DNA from: Candidatus Undinarchaeota archaeon
GTDB lineage: Archaea > SpSt-1190 > JASMDC01
DNA: 64,000 bases
Direction of reading: 5' to 3'
NCBI GenBank assembly: GCA_964519305.1
Contig: CAZFHY010000005.1
Span: 64,001-128,000, forward strand
In this document: piece after piece, positions 59,147 to 64,000 of the stretch
Layout of the letters: each line of letters opens with the position of its first letter
Position numbering within the stretch: position 1 is the first letter of the stretch
Notes under the pieces: generated by a model
Told to the model about the DNA's origin: nothing
The model's input: only the letters and a program-made list of their open reading frames with translations
Databases searched by the model: none
Program-made: the position numbers and the translations under genes

Positions 59147-60076
59147 ATGGGACTCAACGAAAGCAGCCTCGGGCTCGTCGAGCAATTGAAGGAAAGGTGC
59201 CCTACGCAGACCCTCGACTGTGGCGCCACGGTGATCGACTGCGGTGTGTCATGGAAAGGGAGCGTTCAGGCAGGGCTATTGTTCGCCAAGATCACCTTAG
59301 GAGGGCTGGCCGAGGTCCAGCTGTCAACCAGAAACGAGAAGGACCTGACCTACCCCGTGGTCGAGGTCCGCACCGACCACCCGACGACGGCCACCATCGC
59401 CTCGCAGATGGCAGGATGGCAGGTTGTCGCCGGGAAGTTCTTCGGCATGGGATCAGGTCCGGCCAGGGCGCTGGCCCTTAAACCCAAGGACGTTTACGAG
59501 GCCATCGACCACCAGCGCGAGGACGATGATGTTGCGGTACTATGCCTTGAGTCGAGTTCGCTCCCGAGCGATGATATTGCGAGGACCGTTGCCAAGGAGT
59601 GTGGTATCAAACCGCGGGACGTTCACCTTCTCGTGGCGCGGACGGACAGTATTACCTCATCGGTCCAGCTGGCAAGTCGGACGCTCGAGATGGGTACGTT
59701 CCGGATGCTCGACGTGCTCAAGTTCGACGTGCGGAAGGTCGTCTCGGCCTTCGGTGTTGCTCCGTTGGCACCCGTGTACAAGGGACTTGCTGCCATGGGG
59801 GCCACAAACGATGCCCTCATCTACGGGGGCGACAACCTGTACTTCATCGACGGCTTCAGTCAAGAGCTAACCGACAAGGTCGTCTCCGAGGGGTCCAAGA
59901 GCTACGGCAAGCGGTTCGAGCAGTTGTTCAAGGAGGCCGGGAAGGACTTCTATAAGATGGACCACGATATATTCGCCCCTGCCAAGGTAACGGTCAACGA
60001 CCTTGCTGCAGGGAGGGTGTATTGCGCCGGACACATCAACCTTGACGTGCTCCGAAAGGTGTTCGCTCAGTCTTGA
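59147..60076 (+). CDS. mch: Methenyl-H4MPT cyclohydrolase
   Basis: GATVIDCGV, LGGL, SQ.AGW, MGSGPARALA.KP, MG.TND...YGG, DFYK.D...FAPA motifs. Confidence 0.97.
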   Translation: MGLNESSLGLVEQLKERCPTQTLDCGATVIDCGVSWKGSVQAGLLFAKITLGGLAEVQLSTRNEKDLTYPVVEVRTDHPTTATIASQMAGWQVVAGKFFGMGSGPARALALKPKDVYEAIDHQREDDDVAVLCLESSSLPSDDIARTVAKECGIKPRDVHLLVARTDSITSSVQLASRTLEMGTFRMLDVLKFDVRKVVSAFGVAPLAPVYKGLAAMGATNDALIYGGDNLYFIDGFSQELTDKVVSEGSKSYGKRFEQLFKEAGKDFYKMDHDIFAPAKVTVNDLAAGRVYCAGHINLDVLRKVFAQS

Positions 60077-60197
60077 GGTCGTAAGAAACACAAAGGACAG
60101 GTATTTGAACCACGGGGTATAACTATTGTTATCTATCTTTACGGCCAAGTCAGGATTTAAGTCATTTACACAGCCCGTGCACGAAGGAGAGATCATC

Positions 60198-60446
60198 ATG
60201 TTGGACAAATGCCCTGGAGCGGAAAAACTAAGGCGCCCTTCCATCATCTTAAAGAGCTGTCCCGAGTGTGGTGAGGAGATTGAACTGTTCACTACGGACG
60301 CCAAGATGGACTGTCCGGAGTGCGGTTTCACAGTGTACAATGATGCGATGTCCTGTGTCCAATGGTGCAAGTACGCCAAGGAGTGCGTTGGGGACGAGAT
60401 CTACGAAGAGATGATGAAGAGGCTCGAACAGAAAGCCACAGAGTGA
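60198..60446 (+). CDS. Small Cys-rich metal-binding (zinc-ribbon-like) protein
   Basis: CPG, CPECG.E.E.F, CPECG, SCVQWCKYAKEC; 8 Cys in 82 aa; SD-like AGGAG and TTTAAG upstream. Confidence 0.8.
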   Translation: MLDKCPGAEKLRRPSIILKSCPECGEEIELFTTDAKMDCPECGFTVYNDAMSCVQWCKYAKECVGDEIYEEMMKRLEQKATE

Positions 60447-60492
60447 TGCCCCGATAACTGGATAGGACGCCCGATCCTTACTCGAAAGCCAG

Positions 60493-62664
60493 TTACTTCT
60501 TCTTCGAGGTCCTCTTCTTCTTGGGCGCTGCCTTCTTTGCTACCGCTTTCTTCTTGGTGGATTTCTTGGGGGCGGCCTTCTTCTTGGGCGCCGCTTTCTT
60601 CTTGGTTGCCGCCTTCTTCTTGGTGGGTTTCTTTGCGGGAGCCTTCTTCTTCGCAGCAGGAGCTTTCTCCTTGACAGGAGGTGCCGGTAAGGGCTCGGTC
60701 TCCTTCTCGCGCGCCTTCTCAGGTTCGGCTTCTGGTGCCTCCTTCTCTTCTGATGGGGGCGCTTCTGCTTCTTCCTCGGCCGATTCTCCCATGGTCTTAA
60801 TCTTGACCTTGGGTTCGAACGCCCCGGGGGGAGCGACGACGACGACCTCTGACCCGGGCTCCTCCTCCGCACGACGTTCAGGTCCGCTGGAGAGCTGGGT
60901 GTAGGTGATTATGAGGATAAGGGCAAGAACACCAAGGAGCAATGCCGAAGAGTCCCCCTTGTCGGTCGGGGTCTCGGGCTCGGCGGAAGGTGCAGGTGTC
61001 TGTGTAGGGAGCTCGATGTCGTCAGAATCCGTCGTGGTCGGTGTGCTTGTAGGCGTATCGGAAGTGGGCTCGGGCGTAGCCTCGATGGGCTCGACCGGCG
61101 TTGGTGTGGGCGGCGGGGGCGTGGGTGTCGGACAGGCGTCAAAACATGCCGACTCATCAGGGCACCACGTCTGGCCTTTACCGCAGCAATGGCCATCGGC
61201 ACAAATACCTGGGCACTCGGCATGCGCCAAGCACTCATCTCCGGTCTCCAGTGTACCGGCTATGTAGCATGTCCCGCCAACGCACTTGAGCCCTTCAACA
61301 CACTCCTCGTCCACGGTGCATGCCTCGCTCCGTTGAACAGTGGCCGGCTGGACGCATGTACCCACACATAGACCGCTTGCACACTGACGCTCGCAGGTGC
61401 AGGAGGTCCCGTCAGGTTGTGCGGGGAGCACGCATGCTTTAGCCTCTGCGCACCAGAACCGATCGCCTGGACAACATGTGCCCTCCACGCATACAAGGTG
61501 GTCACACTGCTCATTGCACACGCAGGAGTCGCCCTCACCGAGGATGTGCAGACCCTCGACACATTGTTCATTACAGAGCACACGACCCGGTTCGCATGTG
61601 TAGAGCTCATCGAAGATCGTAGCGTTCCCGTACGATATGCTCATGAGAGCGCTATCGATACCTAACTCGCACCGCGTCCCAGTCTCAGGACCACAGTCCC
61701 ACGAACCCTTCTCACGCATCTGGTCCGCATGCCCGAGGAACTCGGGCTTGAACTCACCGGCCTTGAGGTAAGCCTGGATGAGCACGGCCTGGTTCTGGCC
61801 GAGCCCGCACTTCCAGCCGGTGTCGGGGCCACAGTCCCGCGATCCGGTTGCGATAAGCTCGTCGATCCAGGTCAGGAGGGTTTCGTTGTGCAGATGTTCG
61901 ACCACGTGAACATAGGCATAAGTGAGCCACGCGGCCGAGACGGCATCGTTGCACCGCCAGCCTGTGTTCGGGCCGCACTCGGACGCGCCCTTGCGGAACA
62001 TCCCCTCTAGAGCCTCGAAATAGCTAGCCTCGCCGGTGAGCTCGTAAAGACGAGCGTAGCCCAGCATGTACGGTCCCTGTGAGTAGCCGAACTTGCATTG
62101 CCAGCCCGCCCTGGGGCCGCACTCGAGCGAGCCCTCATCACCGAGCTCCCGGGCCATCGCGAGGTCCTGCTCACGGCCAAGTACCTTGTAGGCCGTTGTG
62201 TAGGACAAGATCGTGAAACCCTGCATCTTACCATCACGACATCGAGCACCGAACTTACCACCGCAGTCCGTGGAGCCGGAATCGGCCAGACTCTCTAGAC
62301 CCTCTTTGAACTCGGTGAGGTTGGTGGCCTCGTAGGCCGCCGCGTACCCCAGCATCATCCATGTCTGAGGCCAGGCAGTACCACAGTTCCAGCCAGTGTG
62401 CTGTCCGCAGTCCGACGTTCCCATCGCGTGCAGTTCCTGCATGGCATTGAGATATGCCTCTTCACCCGTTTCCCTGTAGCGAAGGGCGTTGGCGAATATC
62501 AAGCTACCCATCGATTCACCGGTCTGACACTTCCATGTGGTCTTGGGTCCGCACTCTCGTGCACCCTCCAACAGGAAGTCGTCGGATGTAACCTCAATGG
62601 CGGTTGTCAGTGCGAGCACGCACACCAAGGCTATGACAGTAAACAGCCGGGAATCCGGGACCAT
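60493..62664 (-). CDS. Modular secreted/membrane protein: 7 Cys-loop helical repeats, Cys-rich modules, PT linker, TM helix, H1-like tail
   Basis: Signal-like N-terminus; seven GxxE/DCG-x5-C-like repeats; about 30 Cys in the next ~160 aa; PTPTPPPPTPTP; ALLLGVLALILIITY; K/A/P tail; TTTATAA about 25 nt upstream. Confidence 0.85.
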   Translation of the reverse strand: MVPDSRLFTVIALVCVLALTTAIEVTSDDFLLEGARECGPKTTWKCQTGESMGSLIFANALRYRETGEEAYLNAMQELHAMGTSDCGQHTGWNCGTAWPQTWMMLGYAAAYEATNLTEFKEGLESLADSGSTDCGGKFGARCRDGKMQGFTILSYTTAYKVLGREQDLAMARELGDEGSLECGPRAGWQCKFGYSQGPYMLGYARLYELTGEASYFEALEGMFRKGASECGPNTGWRCNDAVSAAWLTYAYVHVVEHLHNETLLTWIDELIATGSRDCGPDTGWKCGLGQNQAVLIQAYLKAGEFKPEFLGHADQMREKGSWDCGPETGTRCELGIDSALMSISYGNATIFDELYTCEPGRVLCNEQCVEGLHILGEGDSCVCNEQCDHLVCVEGTCCPGDRFWCAEAKACVLPAQPDGTSCTCERQCASGLCVGTCVQPATVQRSEACTVDEECVEGLKCVGGTCYIAGTLETGDECLAHAECPGICADGHCCGKGQTWCPDESACFDACPTPTPPPPTPTPVEPIEATPEPTSDTPTSTPTTTDSDDIELPTQTPAPSAEPETPTDKGDSSALLLGVLALILIITYTQLSSGPERRAEEEPGSEVVVVAPPGAFEPKVKIKTMGESAEEEAEAPPSEEKEAPEAEPEKAREKETEPLPAPPVKEKAPAAKKKAPAKKPTKKKAATKKKAAPKKKAAPKKSTKKKAVAKKAAPKKKRTSKKK
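60496..60675 (-). repeat. Low-complexity coding repeat (KKKAAP-type units)
   Basis: Repeated gccttcttcttgg-like units encoding KKKAPAKK/KKKAAT/KKKAAP. Confidence 0.85.
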
Positions 62665-62703
62665 GGAGGTCTCACTCCGGTCAAAACCTTATAAAGGGAA
62701 CCC

Positions 62704-63321
62704 TCAGAGCACCCGTTCGATCTCCTCACGAGAGTACCCGAACTCCTTCATGGTGCTTCTTATCTCGTCGTCGGTGTGTCCTTTAGCACGACATTCTTCC
62801 ACGTACTCATGTGCCTCATCCATGGATTCGTCATCCTCCCCTGCATGGCGGCTGCGCCAGCGCAGTGCCACGACCGCTAGCATCAGGCCCGTGATGATGA
62901 GGACGATCAATGTTCTATAGGGTGCGAGCACGGCGACGACGCACGTCCCCCAGGGTAACATAAAGGGAAGAGAGGAGCACAGATCCCATGCCTTGCCCGT
63001 GTCCCGCCCGGCCACGACTGCGGCCGTGTCGATAAGGCACCAATCACGCCATGATGTGTTGTTTATGAGCCGGCAGGTCCCCATGGCGGTCTGGACGTTG
63101 GTCCTCGCGAGCACGGGAGCCACTTCAGCCAAACACTCGTCCAACCACACATCGTCCGACAAGGTAAGACACATGTCCACCCTCCCCTCTGGTGGAGCCC
63201 TTATACGATAGCAATGCTCCTGTTCCAGTCCGGGAGTTAGAAGGGTACAGTCGTCCACGCCCTGTGCTGTGGCTAGAACGACGAGCATGAAGATGGTGAT
63301 GAGCGTGCGAACACAGGACAT
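62704..63321 (-). CDS. Hypothetical single-pass membrane protein with Cys-paired helical repeats
   Basis: Signal-like N-terminus; C..[LI]....W...C repeated three times; TM helix; C-terminal Y...C..KG....EI...M...GY...EI module. Confidence 0.75.
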   Translation of the reverse strand: MSCVRTLITIFMLVVLATAQGVDDCTLLTPGLEQEHCYRIRAPPEGRVDMCLTLSDDVWLDECLAEVAPVLARTNVQTAMGTCRLINNTSWRDWCLIDTAAVVAGRDTGKAWDLCSSLPFMLPWGTCVVAVLAPYRTLIVLIITGLMLAVVALRWRSRHAGEDDESMDEAHEYVEECRAKGHTDDEIRSTMKEFGYSREEIERVL

Positions 63322-63393
63322 CGGCCACCCATGAAGGTGACTCACTTTATATCGTTGTCGATTATTTACCAATAATTGAGTAATTACTAATAA

Positions 63394-63894
<501 letters not shown>

Positions 63895-63906
63895 TGAGGG
63901 ATAATC

Positions 63907-64000
63907 ATGACAAAAGGATCAATTCGTCTCGGCATCGTTGCCGCGGAGTTCAACTACGACATCGTGTACGCTATGATGGAGCTGGCCAAGGAACATGCCA
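63907..64000 (+). CDS. ribH: 6,7-dimethyl-8-ribityllumazine synthase (5' part only)
   Basis: MTKGSIRLGIVAAEFNYDIVYAMMELAKEHA; follows ribC. Confidence 0.92.
   Translation, partial: MTKGSIRLGIVAAEFNYDIVYAMMELAKEHA

Noticed and set aside
36967-60076. Calling the organism a methanogen
   Set aside because: No mcr, mtr or hdrB in this window; H4MPT-branch genes alone do not establish methanogenesis.
60496-60675. Short tandem repeats as a possible CRISPR array
   Set aside because: Degenerate in-frame coding repeats without unique spacers; no cas genes.

Overview
GC-rich archaeal chromosomal segment with no recognisable mobile element, CRISPR array or rRNA. From left to right it holds: a pyrB-pyrI-pyrD-pyrK operon; tsr3-rpl40e-DGGGPS-GGGPS (ether lipid); tdh-kbl threonine catabolism; tRNA-Thr(CGT), overlapped by a PLP-fold gene; assorted envelope genes; a glutamate dehydrogenase pair (one copy lacks catalytic residues) plus a GltD/SudA-like gene; an A1Ao ATP synthase operon with two different c subunits; a ~23 kb co-oriented H4MPT-type Wood-Ljungdahl cluster; a modular Cys-rich membrane protein with a histone-H1-like tail; and ribC-ribH. 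The Wood-Ljungdahl cluster reads cdhA-B-C-cooC-cdhD-E-mtd-ftr-fwdG-D-B-A-C-[HdrC::GltD/NfnB fusion]-[HdrA::MvhD fusion]-[fwdD::B fusion]-fwdA-fwdC-mch. The best candidate for an undescribed system is the HdrB-less flavin-bifurcation module between the two formylmethanofuran dehydrogenase gene sets, where HdrC is fused to a pyridine-nucleotide oxidoreductase. All calls come from motif recognition by eye; no searches were run, so novelty is unverified.
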